From the IMG/VR virus record IMGVR_UViG_3300047352_000276, positions 1-54,994 of that record: DNA of 54,994 bases, one strand, 5' to 3'. The notes beneath the pieces were generated by a model that saw only the letters and a list, made by a program, of their open reading frames with translations, was not told the DNA's origin and did not search any database. This document shows positions 8,087-17,847 of the stretch, one piece after another. Made by a program: the position numbers and the translations under genes. How positions within the stretch are numbered: position 1 is the first letter of the stretch; every line of letters starts with the position of its first letter. The DNA comes from a virus (Duplodnaviria > Caudoviricetes).

Positions 8087-8575
8087 ATGAACAAGCACAC
8101 TCCATCTCAACGCCCGATCACCGACTGGGTCGGCAAGCAGCGCATCACATGGTGTGGCCCATACGCCATCGCCGTTCTTTGTGGTGTGGCCTATGAGCCT
8201 GCATACCAAGCTGCCAAGCTAGTGCGCGGCAAACGCCACGCAAAAGGCATCACCAACTCCAACCTGAGAGCTGCGTGCCGGATGTTCGGTGTGAACGGCA
8301 AGTGGAAGTCTCTCGAGAAGCGCACCAAGCTCTCAAAATTCCTGCCGACACTTGAGGCTGGCAAAGTCTACGTGATCCAGATCACCAAGCATTTCCTCGT
8401 GGTCGACACTCGTGACTTCACCACCATCGATAATCAAAACCGTGAGTGGATCGCAATGGACGCGACCAAGCACAAAAACAAGTTGGTGCACAACGTGTTC
8501 GAAGTCACCAACCCCAAATTCGACGCTGAGGATGATCCTTGGTTGATCGAGCCTCTGGCTGCTTCTGGAGCCTGA
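8087..8575 (+). CDS. Putative papain-fold (C39-like) cysteine peptidase
   Basis: Q...WCGPYAIA, KHFLVVD, DN give a Cys-His-Asp arrangement. Confidence 0.5.
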   Translation: MNKHTPSQRPITDWVGKQRITWCGPYAIAVLCGVAYEPAYQAAKLVRGKRHAKGITNSNLRAACRMFGVNGKWKSLEKRTKLSKFLPTLEAGKVYVIQITKHFLVVDTRDFTTIDNQNREWIAMDATKHKNKLVHNVFEVTNPKFDAEDDPWLIEPLAASGA

Positions 8576-8636
8576 GCCCAATCCCTGAGCATGGATTCAA
8601 ACTGCTCATTAAACTTCAAACTGAGAAAGAAATATA

Positions 8637-9197
8637 ATGACAACACCAATCGAAGAAACTCAAGAGCTGCACGTCTTGATCGAGTCGGTCTCGCAGCAGC
8701 ATAATTGTTTTGGCGTCACCCAAGAAGGTGAGACAATTTTCATCGGCAACCGCATCGGCAAATTCCTCAACCTCGACATCGGGGATCAGGTTCTGGCGCA
8801 TGCTTTGCCTAACTACGAAAATCACGCGAGCCGCATTGATTGGCGTGCTGTGCGTTGCGTCAAAATCTCTGAAACGCCTTCTGCTTCTTTGCCCAAAGAA
8901 GACGATCGTCCTGTCAACGCAACTGTTGTTGCCAAGCACGGTGCCACCCAGATCCAAAGCAACATCATCGACATCCTGCGTGCGCAAGAAAATTACTTGA
9001 CGACAGGGGAATGTGATGAGGCTTATTATGAAGCGCACCCCAATCAAAAAGACAGGCTCCACCGCTCCGAGGTCAGCAATGCCTTGGCCAAGGCTCACCA
9101 ATATGGTCGTGTGGTCAGGGCAGGAGTGATGGCCAGCTCAGGCAACGAGAAGGCTTCATTGGTGCTTTGGGCCAGTGACGTGAATAAATTTAAATAG
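8637..9197 (+). CDS. Hypothetical protein
   Basis: 186-aa ORF with RBS TGAGAAAG. Confidence 0.7.
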   Translation: MTTPIEETQELHVLIESVSQQHNCFGVTQEGETIFIGNRIGKFLNLDIGDQVLAHALPNYENHASRIDWRAVRCVKISETPSASLPKEDDRPVNATVVAKHGATQIQSNIIDILRAQENYLTTGECDEAYYEAHPNQKDRLHRSEVSNALAKAHQYGRVVRAGVMASSGNEKASLVLWASDVNKFK

Positions 9198-9238
9198 TAA
9201 AAAAGTAGAGGTCCTTGTTTTTCAACAATTCTTTCTTC

Positions 9239-9267
9239 TTTACTTTTCGGTGGGAAAGAGCGATACT
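9239..9267 (+). promoter_or_regulatory. Sigma70-like promoter P2
   Basis: TTTACT-17 nt-GATACT followed by TGAGAAAGGA RBS. Confidence 0.65.
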
Positions 9268-9295
9268 AAGCTATCAAATGAGAAAGGAACAAAAA

Positions 9296-10063
9296 ATGCA
9301 AATCGGTTGGACTGATCATGACAAAGACCTCTACATGTCACTCAAAGGCTGCGTCAACAAAGGTGGATATTTCTCCTCTGTTGGCCAAATGAATTATATG
9401 GCTCGCGTTGTGGGCCACAACTCTTATGCCAAAGACGGTGAGAGCCACTGGGATGACAGCGTTCCATCCGCAGTTGGCCAGAGCATCGTGATCCTTGAAG
9501 CTCCGATCATCGTTGAGTATGCAGGATCAACCCCATGGGCCCAAGGCACAACTGGTTGGGGTCGTCGCAGTCGTGACTTCTGCAGAGCATTCGTTGTTGA
9601 CGCTGTTGGTGTGGTGGCTATGTACAAGATCCACCGCTCTTACGATGATTCAACTGGGCGGTCTTGGCCTAACCCCAAGCGCACTGAGGTGATCTTCGAG
9701 CGTGACAATTCTATGGCTGCTGAGAAGCTCGCTGAGTTGACAGTTGTGAACGACGCCAAAGCCAAAGCAATCGCGGAGGAAAAAGCTGCTTCCAATTTCA
9801 TCGGGGAAGTTGGTGATCGCCTAGACTTCCAAGGCACAGCACGTCTCGTCTGGAGAGGTGAGAATCAGTGGGGCACAACATACATCTACCTCATCAAGAC
9901 CCAAGACGGCAACACCATCAAATACATGGGCAAGTGGCTTGGTGAAGGTGAGAGCTTTCCAATCAGCTTCAAAGCAACCGTCAAGAAGCACGAAGAATAC
10001 AATGGCGAGAAGCAGACCGTTGTCAACCGTCCAATGAAAATTCAAGTGGGGGAGCTGGCATGA
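9296..10063 (+). CDS. Hypothetical protein with C-terminal OB-fold-like domain
   Basis: FIGEVGDR...ATVKKHEEYNGEKQTVVNRP; ATG after RBS. Confidence 0.65.
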   Translation: MQIGWTDHDKDLYMSLKGCVNKGGYFSSVGQMNYMARVVGHNSYAKDGESHWDDSVPSAVGQSIVILEAPIIVEYAGSTPWAQGTTGWGRRSRDFCRAFVVDAVGVVAMYKIHRSYDDSTGRSWPNPKRTEVIFERDNSMAAEKLAELTVVNDAKAKAIAEEKAASNFIGEVGDRLDFQGTARLVWRGENQWGTTYIYLIKTQDGNTIKYMGKWLGEGESFPISFKATVKKHEEYNGEKQTVVNRPMKIQVGELA

Positions 10064-10347
10064 TCCCCTGCCCAGAGTGTGAGCACACAGGCCACAAAGG
10101 CAAAGTTGAAAAGACTTTGTACCAGCGTTTCGGTGGGACGCTGGAGCCTGTTGGTGAGTGGGTTGATTGTGAGGATTGCAATGGCTCCGGAGAAGTCGAA
10201 TGCGACGAGGACAACTGCGTTGATGGTTGGATTGAGGACGAGCGTCCGGAGAGTTGTGGCGGTGGACCCAGAGAGCATTTCCACTGGGTGATGTATCGTG
10301 ACCCATGCCCAAAGTGCAAGCCAGATGAGGAAGAAGACGATGGGTGA
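10060..10347 (+). CDS. DnaJ-type zinc-finger protein
   Basis: CPEC, CEDCNGSG, C...CVDG, CPKC. Confidence 0.65.
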   Translation: MIPCPECEHTGHKGKVEKTLYQRFGGTLEPVGEWVDCEDCNGSGEVECDEDNCVDGWIEDERPESCGGGPREHFHWVMYRDPCPKCKPDEEEDDG

Positions 10348-10525
10348 ATATGATTGCTGCAATTGCGGGGAGGCTTTCCACCTGCACGAGCCACCATTTG
10401 ATGGCTCTGAGATTTGCGATCCTTGCCGTGAATCTTACAGATCTAGTCTGGCTGAAATGCTAGACAATCCTCTGGAGACTTTGGCCAAGTTGAACCTGCG
10501 AGGAGACAACCATGTGGGCAACTGA
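10340..10525 (+). CDS. Small zinc-finger protein
   Basis: CCNCGE...ICDPC; ATG 10340 after GAGGA. Confidence 0.55.
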   Translation: MGEYDCCNCGEAFHLHEPPFDGSEICDPCRESYRSSLAEMLDNPLETLAKLNLRGDNHVGN

Positions 10526-10670
10526 AATAATCAAAATTGGCGAGGGAATAAAGCGTGTGGTGGAATATAAAGACATGACATATTTCGCAGCTATGAACAG
10601 TCACAACTATTACATGATGAGATATGTTGGCGACTACAAAACTTATTTTGTTTGGAGGGAACCACAATGA
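10512..10670 (+). CDS. Hypothetical protein (52 aa)
   Basis: Read manually: MWATEIIKIGEG..., RBS AGGAG, stop overlaps the next start. Confidence 0.5.
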   Translation: MWATEIIKIGEGIKRVVEYKDMTYFAAMNSHNYYMMRYVGDYKTYFVWREPQ

Positions 10671-11095
10671 TTGCGGAACTTTGCTTGTCGTTAGCTCTTT
10701 ATCACGAGGCTCGTGGAGAGCCACTCAACGGTCAAAGAGCTGTTGCTGAGGTCATAATGAATAGGGTTGAGTCTGATCGCTTCCCTGACACCATTTGTGG
10801 CGTTGTCATGCAACCTAATCAATTCAGCTTCGTCAGCCCCAATGGTTGGGCTGGAATTCCGACAGACGGTGACTTGTGGGCTGATGCAGAAATGTTCGCT
10901 CAAGATGCCATATTCAATCACAAGACTGGTGAGAAATATTGGGGTGGATATTATTACCACTACCATGCCACTAGCGTTTCGCCTGTTTGGGCTGAAGAGA
11001 TGTATCCTGCCATGACGATAGGGAACCATGTGTTCTATTCTGACAACCTAACCAAGCCAAAGAAAGTGAGGCCAAAATTACGACCATGGAAATAG
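10667..11095 (+). CDS. SleB-like cell wall hydrolase (Hydrolase_2)
   Basis: CLSLALYHEARGE, VAEVIMNRV, FPDTICGVV.QP.QFS, YHATSVSPVW, IGNHVFY. Confidence 0.9.
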   Translation: MIAELCLSLALYHEARGEPLNGQRAVAEVIMNRVESDRFPDTICGVVMQPNQFSFVSPNGWAGIPTDGDLWADAEMFAQDAIFNHKTGEKYWGGYYYHYHATSVSPVWAEEMYPAMTIGNHVFYSDNLTKPKKVRPKLRPWK

Positions 11096-12774
11096 ACAAA
11101 GCTCATGGCAGGTTCTGCCTAGCCAAAGTCAAGCTAGATGGTGATGCTATCCAGAAATTGGCGGCATTGCCAGGATTCAAGAAGTGGGTTGGCAGGGACT
11201 TGTTGTTTGCGCCAACTGGAGCCAACATAAGCCACATCAACAAGCATTGGCCTAGGGCGGTGTGGTCGGAGGCTGCTTCGCCCATCCTAGACGATTATAT
11301 TGAGACAATGCATCAAGCTGAATTGACTCGCAAAGAAAAGGCTTCAGCTCCGAAAGATCTGGGTGACTTCCTTTTCAAAACCAAGCCATTCGATCACCAG
11401 CGCAAAGCATTTTACATGAGTCGGGACAAAGAGTCTTTCGCTTTGCTCATGGAGCAGGGCACAGGCAAAACCAAAGTCATAATCGACAATGCTGCGTATC
11501 TTTATGCTTCTGGTGAGATAACTGCGTTGGTCGTCATTGCGCCCAATGGGGTGCACCGCAACTGGCTCAACAAAGAGATCCCCGACCACATGCCAGAGTG
11601 GTGCAACCACTCGTCGGCATATTATTATTCGGGGATGAAGTCCAGAGACAAAACCAAGTTTGACGACATATTATCTGGGCAAGATGAACTGAAGATATTT
11701 TCATTCAATGTTGAGGCTTTTGTAAGCCAAACAGCTGTGGCATTGATGAACAAGATCCTCCTGAGCAACAAGGTTCTTTTGGTGGTGGACGAAAGCTCTC
11801 GGATCAAACGTCCAGGAGCCAAGCGCACCAAAACAATCCACAAGTTTGCCAAACAAGCCAAGTATCGCAGGATCATGACAGGCACACCAGTGACCAAAGG
11901 CCCAGAGGACGTGTACAGCCAATTCAGGTTTCTCGATCCTTATATCCTCGGGTACGACAGCTTTTATTCTTTCAGGGCAAGATATTGCGTCATGGGAGGC
12001 TACGAGAACAAACAGATCGTTTCTTATCAATATATGGACGAGCTGACCAAAAGCATTGAAGGCCACTCGTTCCGAGTTTTGAAAAAAGATTGCTTGGACT
12101 TGCCGGACAAAATATATCAACGTCACTTTGTTGATCTTTCGCCAAAGCAGCGCAAGTTGTATGATTCGCTGAAAAAAGACTTCGTGGTTGAGTTGGAAGG
12201 TGACGTAATAGACGCACAGGAGGCCATAACAAGGCTGCTACGACTGCAACAGATAGTTTGTGGGTGGTTTCCTGCCGAAGAGAAAGCAAGACCCATAGAC
12301 GACAAGAATCCTAGGCTTGAGGCTCTGAAGGATTTGCTGGGCAACATCGATGCCAAGGTGATAATCTGGGCACGCTTCCGAGCCGACATAGCGCAGATCG
12401 AACGGATGTTGGGCCATAAGGCTGTGAGCTACCATGGTGGCGTGTCGAATGACATGAGAGCCAAAGCTGTTGACAGCTTTCAGAATGATCCTAGTGTGCG
12501 TTACTTCATCGGCCAACCTCAATCGGGGGGGATTGGCTTGACGCTGACAGCTGCGTCTTATGCGATATATTATTCCAACAGCTTCGACTTGGAAACAAGG
12601 CTTCAGTCGGAAGACAGGTGCCACCGCATAGGCACAACCCAAAACGTAACATACATCGACATCGAGAGTCCCAAGACCATTGACTCAAAGATCATCAAAG
12701 CTCTGCGGGACAAAAAGAACCTAGCAGATGTTGTGACCAAAGATCCGATGTCTTTTTTCTTGTCGGAGGAGTGA
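11086..12774 (+). CDS. SNF2-family (SF2) helicase
   Basis: MEQGTGKT, DESS, TGTP, GGIGLTL, QSEDRCHRIG. Confidence 0.92.
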   Translation: MEIDKAHGRFCLAKVKLDGDAIQKLAALPGFKKWVGRDLLFAPTGANISHINKHWPRAVWSEAASPILDDYIETMHQAELTRKEKASAPKDLGDFLFKTKPFDHQRKAFYMSRDKESFALLMEQGTGKTKVIIDNAAYLYASGEITALVVIAPNGVHRNWLNKEIPDHMPEWCNHSSAYYYSGMKSRDKTKFDDILSGQDELKIFSFNVEAFVSQTAVALMNKILLSNKVLLVVDESSRIKRPGAKRTKTIHKFAKQAKYRRIMTGTPVTKGPEDVYSQFRFLDPYILGYDSFYSFRARYCVMGGYENKQIVSYQYMDELTKSIEGHSFRVLKKDCLDLPDKIYQRHFVDLSPKQRKLYDSLKKDFVVELEGDVIDAQEAITRLLRLQQIVCGWFPAEEKARPIDDKNPRLEALKDLLGNIDAKVIIWARFRADIAQIERMLGHKAVSYHGGVSNDMRAKAVDSFQNDPSVRYFIGQPQSGGIGLTLTAASYAIYYSNSFDLETRLQSEDRCHRIGTTQNVTYIDIESPKTIDSKIIKALRDKKNLADVVTKDPMSFFLSEE

Positions 12775-12968
12775 TGCATCATGAAATTATGACTGTAGAT
12801 AAAACAACGGCGAACGTCAAAGAAGCCTTAAATGCAATCTACAGGGCGCAGCTAGAATTGCTTGATACAGGAGAATTTACTAATAAAACTCTTGACGAAG
12901 CCTTTAAGAATTTGACAGGCGGGAGGATTAAGCTGGAAAAATGGATCAAGGAGAATAATGATGAGTGA
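12771..12968 (+). CDS. Hypothetical protein
   Basis: Overlap-coupled on both sides. Confidence 0.55.
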   Translation: MMHHEIMTVDKTTANVKEALNAIYRAQLELLDTGEFTNKTLDEAFKNLTGGRIKLEKWIKENNDE

Positions 12969-13371
12969 GAGCAGTTTCTGGGCATTGTTGCGGAACAACC
13001 TTCCATTGAAGATGTACCGTGTTGAGAACAGAGTCATGCGTGGCATGCCAGATGTTCATTATATTTTGGACGGCAAGTCTGGGTGGATAGAGCTGAAATA
13101 TATCGAAGACTGGGCCAAAAGAGGCAGGTTCACCAGCGGCCTGAGATCAAGTCAAACATTCTGGGCAGAACAACACATCATTGAAGGTGGCAAGAGTTGG
13201 TTCTTGTTCCGCATTGGCAGAGACTTCATGATATTGATTGATGGCCAGAAAGGCAAAAGGCTGCTAGAAAGACCCGCCAAGAAAGATGTTGTTGAAATGG
13301 CAACATGGCACAAGCAAGGCAACATGTCGTCTGAAGATTGGATTGAATTGGCCAATGTGATAGCTTGTTAG
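12958..13371 (+). CDS. PD-(D/E)xK nuclease (VRR-NUC/Holliday junction resolvase-like)
   Basis: E...GMPDV...WIELK...SQ..W motif. Confidence 0.75.
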   Translation: MMSESSFWALLRNNLPLKMYRVENRVMRGMPDVHYILDGKSGWIELKYIEDWAKRGRFTSGLRSSQTFWAEQHIIEGGKSWFLFRIGRDFMILIDGQKGKRLLERPAKKDVVEMATWHKQGNMSSEDWIELANVIAC

Positions 13372-13637
13372 AATCCACCTTTCAGCCCATCAAGAATCTC
13401 ATTTAGGGTTGGGCGTTTGTCTTTCTTTTCATAAACGCAACTGAAAACTTTAGGACACTCAGAGAAACTTTGGGTTGGGTAATGATACCCCAGCCCACCG
13501 AAACCTGCGGTGAATCGGTATACACAGATTTTCTGGTCTGTATTTGGATCTGTTATTCTTTTCCAAAGGTGACATTGAACGTGTGTCGGGTTGGCGACTC
13601 CTGCCAACGCCACAGAAACAATCAAACTCGCTAACAT
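13368..13637 (-). CDS. Hypothetical Cys-containing protein with signal-like N-terminus
   Basis: Hydrophobic N-terminus, 4 Cys; last gene of the - arm, converging with the + arm. Confidence 0.6.
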   Translation of the reverse strand: MLASLIVSVALAGVANPTHVQCHLWKRITDPNTDQKICVYRFTAGFGGLGYHYPTQSFSECPKVFSCVYEKKDKRPTLNEILDGLKGGF

Positions 13638-14116
13638 CAGCTGATCCCCAAGTAAATAAGATAAATCCCTCCCCCTAACACCGATATGATCCCTAGCGAA
13701 AGTGCAGCTATGGCCATATTGTTCTGAATCTGACGTTTTGCCTCCATGGCTCTGTAAACTGTCTCTTCCCGATCAGCGCGTATCTTCCGACGCATTCCAA
13801 GCATCTCGTCATAGGTTCCCAATCCGAACCTGTAATCTAACATAAATTTTATCTCTTTTTCTTTCTCAAGCAAAGTCTTTTTTCGAACGATGATGTCCAT
13901 GGCTTCTTGCTCGATGTTTTCGGAGCCATGAGTCTTTTTGTCTAGCCAAGTTGGATTTTTGCGTTGGGACTCCGCACGAGTGATGTCTGCGACTGCGCCA
14001 TACCATGCACCAAGCTGCTGAGAAACATCGTGTATTTCCCTGCCAGCACCGACAAGCATTTTGACGCCTTTGAAAGCGGCATTGGCAGCAGCGAAGGCTG
14101 TGACAGGATCAATCAT
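13637..14116 (-). CDS. Hypothetical membrane-anchored protein
   Basis: MIDPVTAFAAA start; C-terminal TM helix. Confidence 0.7.
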   Translation of the reverse strand: MIDPVTAFAAANAAFKGVKMLVGAGREIHDVSQQLGAWYGAVADITRAESQRKNPTWLDKKTHGSENIEQEAMDIIVRKKTLLEKEKEIKFMLDYRFGLGTYDEMLGMRRKIRADREETVYRAMEAKRQIQNNMAIAALSLGIISVLGGGIYLIYLGIS

Positions 14117-16396
14117 CTATTCTGACAGCAGAGCTGCCCTATCCTCTGCGGACAACCCTTCAATTATGCTCTGCAAAGCTGGGGAGCTTTGAGGATTGAT
14201 TGTCTCGATAGCTTCTGGCTTAGTTTCAGCTTGGATTGCTGTGCTGAAGAGAGGTGCTTTGGCTCTGTCGAGGTATTGTCGGACAATTGCTTGAACTTCT
14301 CTGGCCTCGAAACCACCTTCGATTGCTCTGACTGCACCACCACCTCCAGGAATCCCAGACAAAAAGTTAAGAAGGCCCTGTCTTCCCATCTCCCCTAAAA
14401 TTGCTGGAGTAGTTCCTGAAGGATTAAGTTTTATCTCTGCCCAGAGAGTTGGCATTACGTCATTACGGAACTTAGCTATCTGTGCGAGCTCTTCTTTCGA
14501 GAAAAGCTCATTGACGACAGCTTTGTTCTTGCCGAAAACATCTTTGTAATTGTTCACGATGTTCGTTCTTGTTACGCCAGACCTGCCAGTGCCAGCAAAA
14601 GCTCTTTCCAGAGTTGCATCTTTCATCAGCCCAATGATCTCTTGGTATTCTGCGGAGCCTTCCCCGAGAATTGACTTGAGCTTGCGGATGACAGTTGGAA
14701 CCGCATTGGCTGGAGCGAACTTGTTGTGACCGAACAATGCCCCGACCACCTGCTTGGGGTTGGCTTCTGTGTTCGTAATCATTTCCAAGATCTTGTTGGC
14801 TGCTCGGACTGATGCATTTTTGCTGCTTTGCTGCCCCGTCAGGCCCATATACTTCGTGTAAATCTGCCTAGATTGCTGCAGCTGATCTATTACGCTTTGA
14901 TCCCCAAACATCAATCCGCGCTCTATTGCGGTGTTGTAGGCTTCGTTAAGCTGATTCTTGAGCATTGTCAGCGCACGACCTTCCGAAGCATTGCCGCCAA
15001 CTGCCATAGCCTGTTCTATTTGGAGGTTCAAAGCTCTTTGGTAGTCATCAATGGCCCTAAGCGGTGCACCTTTGAAGTTTGGATTTTTAGCTATTTTGAC
15101 TAACTTTTCTAGCTTTTTCAGCTGCTTGGAAAGATTAGGCATTTCAGCACGCATCGCTGGGCCGACCTCTTTGCGCAACATCGCCACCGCATCGCTGGCA
15201 GTTTCCATCAACCCACGCTGAGAAAGAACTGGTTGGTTAGCAGCATTTTCAACAATTTTATAAGATGCATCAGCCTCTGCTTTGAGACGTTCAGCTGTTT
15301 CTCGAGCTGTTGATTGAATGCCTTCAGCTGCTGCTGTGGGAGTTTCAAGCGCACCAGTGACCATTGGATCACCTGAGCCCATCCTAGACCGAAGATCTTC
15401 AGCATCTCCTCGGATCTGATCCAACTGACGCCTGTCGAATCCTCTGAGTTGGTCGCTGGCTCCAGCATCTACTCCCGCTGATCTGCGCAAAATGTCTTCA
15501 CGTGCAAGATCCGAAGAAGCCAAAGTATCCAGCTGACCAACTTCCGTATCAGGCAACTCACCAGACCTTTGGCCCTGAGTCATTATGTAGGGGGAGCTTT
15601 GATTCGGCGTTGGACGCATGAATCGGGGGAGTTGAACTCCAGCGACGTTAGCTGCTCCCCTGACAGGAGCCATAGCTGCCCTGCCTGCGAGCTTGAGTGC
15701 TGGTGGCAACACAACGTCTGCGGCAACCCCAACACCTGTCGCAGTGGCCACGTCTGTGGCTAGATCACCTGCTGTCTGCTTCTTAGCCTTGGTTGTCTCC
15801 GGAGTCATCTGAGCCTCTAAAAGCTGGGAACCAACTTCAGTGGATGAATATATTGGAATGCCTCTGGCTATAGTCTGGAGGACATTTGCTCCCCCTGATG
15901 TGAGAGCTGCTGGGAGCATCTTGATTGTTTCACCAACGAATGTTCCGAAGTCTTGCGAAGAAAATCCTGGCTTGTTGACATAGTAAGGCTTCTTGTTCCA
16001 GACAATCATAGGGTTGCCGAACTTGTCTTGGAATCTGCCACCCCAACGCTCGTCACCTTGAAAAGACTTTTCCATTATTTCGCTCTTGCCGACATCGTCT
16101 CTGGCAAGGAATACTTTGATGTTGGGGATCAATCCTTCAATCAATCCAGGAGCATCACCACCCATGTCCGAGGCTTCTGGGATGTCTGGGAATTCAACCT
16201 CTTGGCCTTCACCAGTTGCGGCATCCACCAGAGCAGATGGGATTGCTTTTATGGACTCGAACAAAGACCTTTCAGCCTCTACATCAATAGTCTCTGGGTC
16301 AACATCATTCCCTTGGGATGGAGCACCATCGGGCAACACTCCTTCAGCTGCATCAGCTGCTGCTACCTGCTCTTCAAAGGTCAATTCTTCATCCAT
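14117..16396 (-). CDS. Putative internal virion/DNA ejection protein (759 aa)
   Basis: Large Ala-rich helical protein at the distal end of the structural arm. Confidence 0.55.
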   Translation of the reverse strand: MDEELTFEEQVAAADAAEGVLPDGAPSQGNDVDPETIDVEAERSLFESIKAIPSALVDAATGEGQEVEFPDIPEASDMGGDAPGLIEGLIPNIKVFLARDDVGKSEIMEKSFQGDERWGGRFQDKFGNPMIVWNKKPYYVNKPGFSSQDFGTFVGETIKMLPAALTSGGANVLQTIARGIPIYSSTEVGSQLLEAQMTPETTKAKKQTAGDLATDVATATGVGVAADVVLPPALKLAGRAAMAPVRGAANVAGVQLPRFMRPTPNQSSPYIMTQGQRSGELPDTEVGQLDTLASSDLAREDILRRSAGVDAGASDQLRGFDRRQLDQIRGDAEDLRSRMGSGDPMVTGALETPTAAAEGIQSTARETAERLKAEADASYKIVENAANQPVLSQRGLMETASDAVAMLRKEVGPAMRAEMPNLSKQLKKLEKLVKIAKNPNFKGAPLRAIDDYQRALNLQIEQAMAVGGNASEGRALTMLKNQLNEAYNTAIERGLMFGDQSVIDQLQQSRQIYTKYMGLTGQQSSKNASVRAANKILEMITNTEANPKQVVGALFGHNKFAPANAVPTVIRKLKSILGEGSAEYQEIIGLMKDATLERAFAGTGRSGVTRTNIVNNYKDVFGKNKAVVNELFSKEELAQIAKFRNDVMPTLWAEIKLNPSGTTPAILGEMGRQGLLNFLSGIPGGGGAVRAIEGGFEAREVQAIVRQYLDRAKAPLFSTAIQAETKPEAIETINPQSSPALQSIIEGLSAEDRAALLSE

Positions 16397-16404
16397 GTTA
16401 GCCC

Positions 16405-17838
16405 CTAACTTCCACCATTCCAGCCTTTGATCATAATAGTAGGTTGTTGTGGATATAATTTCTGACCAGTGGCTGGGTTTTTATTTATGAACACTTCACC
16501 GTTCTCCAAAGAGTTGTAAAAAGTATCTCTTGCCTGTCGGAACTCCGCAACATTGGTTGTCTGAAGTGGTGGCATTTTCTTGTATATGCCTTTATCAAGC
16601 TCTCTGATTCTCTCATTTATGTATTTGTTGCTTTTTCCTTGAATTAAAAGCTCTTTTCTTAATCTGATGTCAGCTTCAGAATTTTCAGTTGTTTTCTTCA
16701 ACATGTGCAGTGTGAGGTAATTAGCTTTTGCATTGTTGCCAAGAGAAAGAACAGCCTCTTTGTATGCCTTGAATTCCATGTCTGAGGTAGAACCAGATCC
16801 TGGAGGTCGCATCAAAGGTGCGAGTTTGTTTGATATCGCTTTCAGAAGTTGTTGGTCTGAAATTTCAGGATCTGACCAGCCGAAAGCACCCTGCAATGCT
16901 GCGCGAATATCCAGAGTTGCACTTTGAACAACTCCTGTTAATCCTGGATTTTGATATATTGTATCAAGCGCAACTTGAATTGTCGGTAGCAAGCTGTTGG
17001 TTTTGTCTATGTAGTCAATCTCCAATTTTCCGAGCTTTTTAATTTCTTCGTTTCGAGAAGTAACCTCTGGGGGAACTGCTGACCCAGTTGGTGCTCTTGT
17101 TATAACAGAGAATTCAGAATCTTCCCCAGCTCTAGGGATGTAAAAACTTACATACTGGTCTGCTTGAATTACTGGTCTGCCAAGAAGCTCTTCATCATCA
17201 GTGGTCATCAATTTAAATATTGTGGTGAATTCAGGATCATCCTCTGTAACACCGAATGTCTCCAGCTTCGCCCTTGCATCATCTTCGTTCATGTAAAGGA
17301 CACGATCCTGCTGAAGATATTTTTCAGCCAAAGGTTTTGTTGATGCCTTAACAATTGCAGCTGGATCTTGGCTAGCAATTTGAGCTGCTGCTGCATTCGT
17401 AAGAGTTACTCTGTCCCCTATGTTACCAATTCCAGGAATGTTTTTGTTAAGAGTCCATGTGCTGACTGTTCCTGTTCCTGTAGCCTTGGGTGGTTTGATC
17501 GCTTTGGCTATGTTGATGGCAGTTGCAGGGAGCTTGGCTTCAGCTTCGCGCTTGGCCATTGCATCTTTCATCAGGTATTGTGCTGGGACTAATGAGGCTG
17601 TTGAAGCTGCACCCAGAGCTGTTTGTCCTGGCTTGGAGGCTTCAGCTGCCATGTTCGTGAAGAATTGAAAAGCCAAAAGAGCAGGATCAATAGGTTTGTA
17701 TTCAGGAGATATCTCCCGAGCAATTTCAATGGCATCTTCCATCAAATCTTTTCCACCCAAACGACCCAAAGCACCCTGCGACATTCCGAGAAGGTCACCG
17801 TAGCTGGTTCCAGCTGCTCCGATTGTGTCGTCTTCCAT
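16405..17838 (-). CDS. Putative internal virion/DNA ejection protein (477 aa)
   Basis: Position; RPPGSGSTSDMEF motif. Confidence 0.55.
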   Translation of the reverse strand: MEDDTIGAAGTSYGDLLGMSQGALGRLGGKDLMEDAIEIAREISPEYKPIDPALLAFQFFTNMAAEASKPGQTALGAASTASLVPAQYLMKDAMAKREAEAKLPATAINIAKAIKPPKATGTGTVSTWTLNKNIPGIGNIGDRVTLTNAAAAQIASQDPAAIVKASTKPLAEKYLQQDRVLYMNEDDARAKLETFGVTEDDPEFTTIFKLMTTDDEELLGRPVIQADQYVSFYIPRAGEDSEFSVITRAPTGSAVPPEVTSRNEEIKKLGKLEIDYIDKTNSLLPTIQVALDTIYQNPGLTGVVQSATLDIRAALQGAFGWSDPEISDQQLLKAISNKLAPLMRPPGSGSTSDMEFKAYKEAVLSLGNNAKANYLTLHMLKKTTENSEADIRLRKELLIQGKSNKYINERIRELDKGIYKKMPPLQTTNVAEFRQARDTFYNSLENGEVFINKNPATGQKLYPQQPTIMIKGWNGGS

Positions 17839-17847
17839 GTCGGCTCC

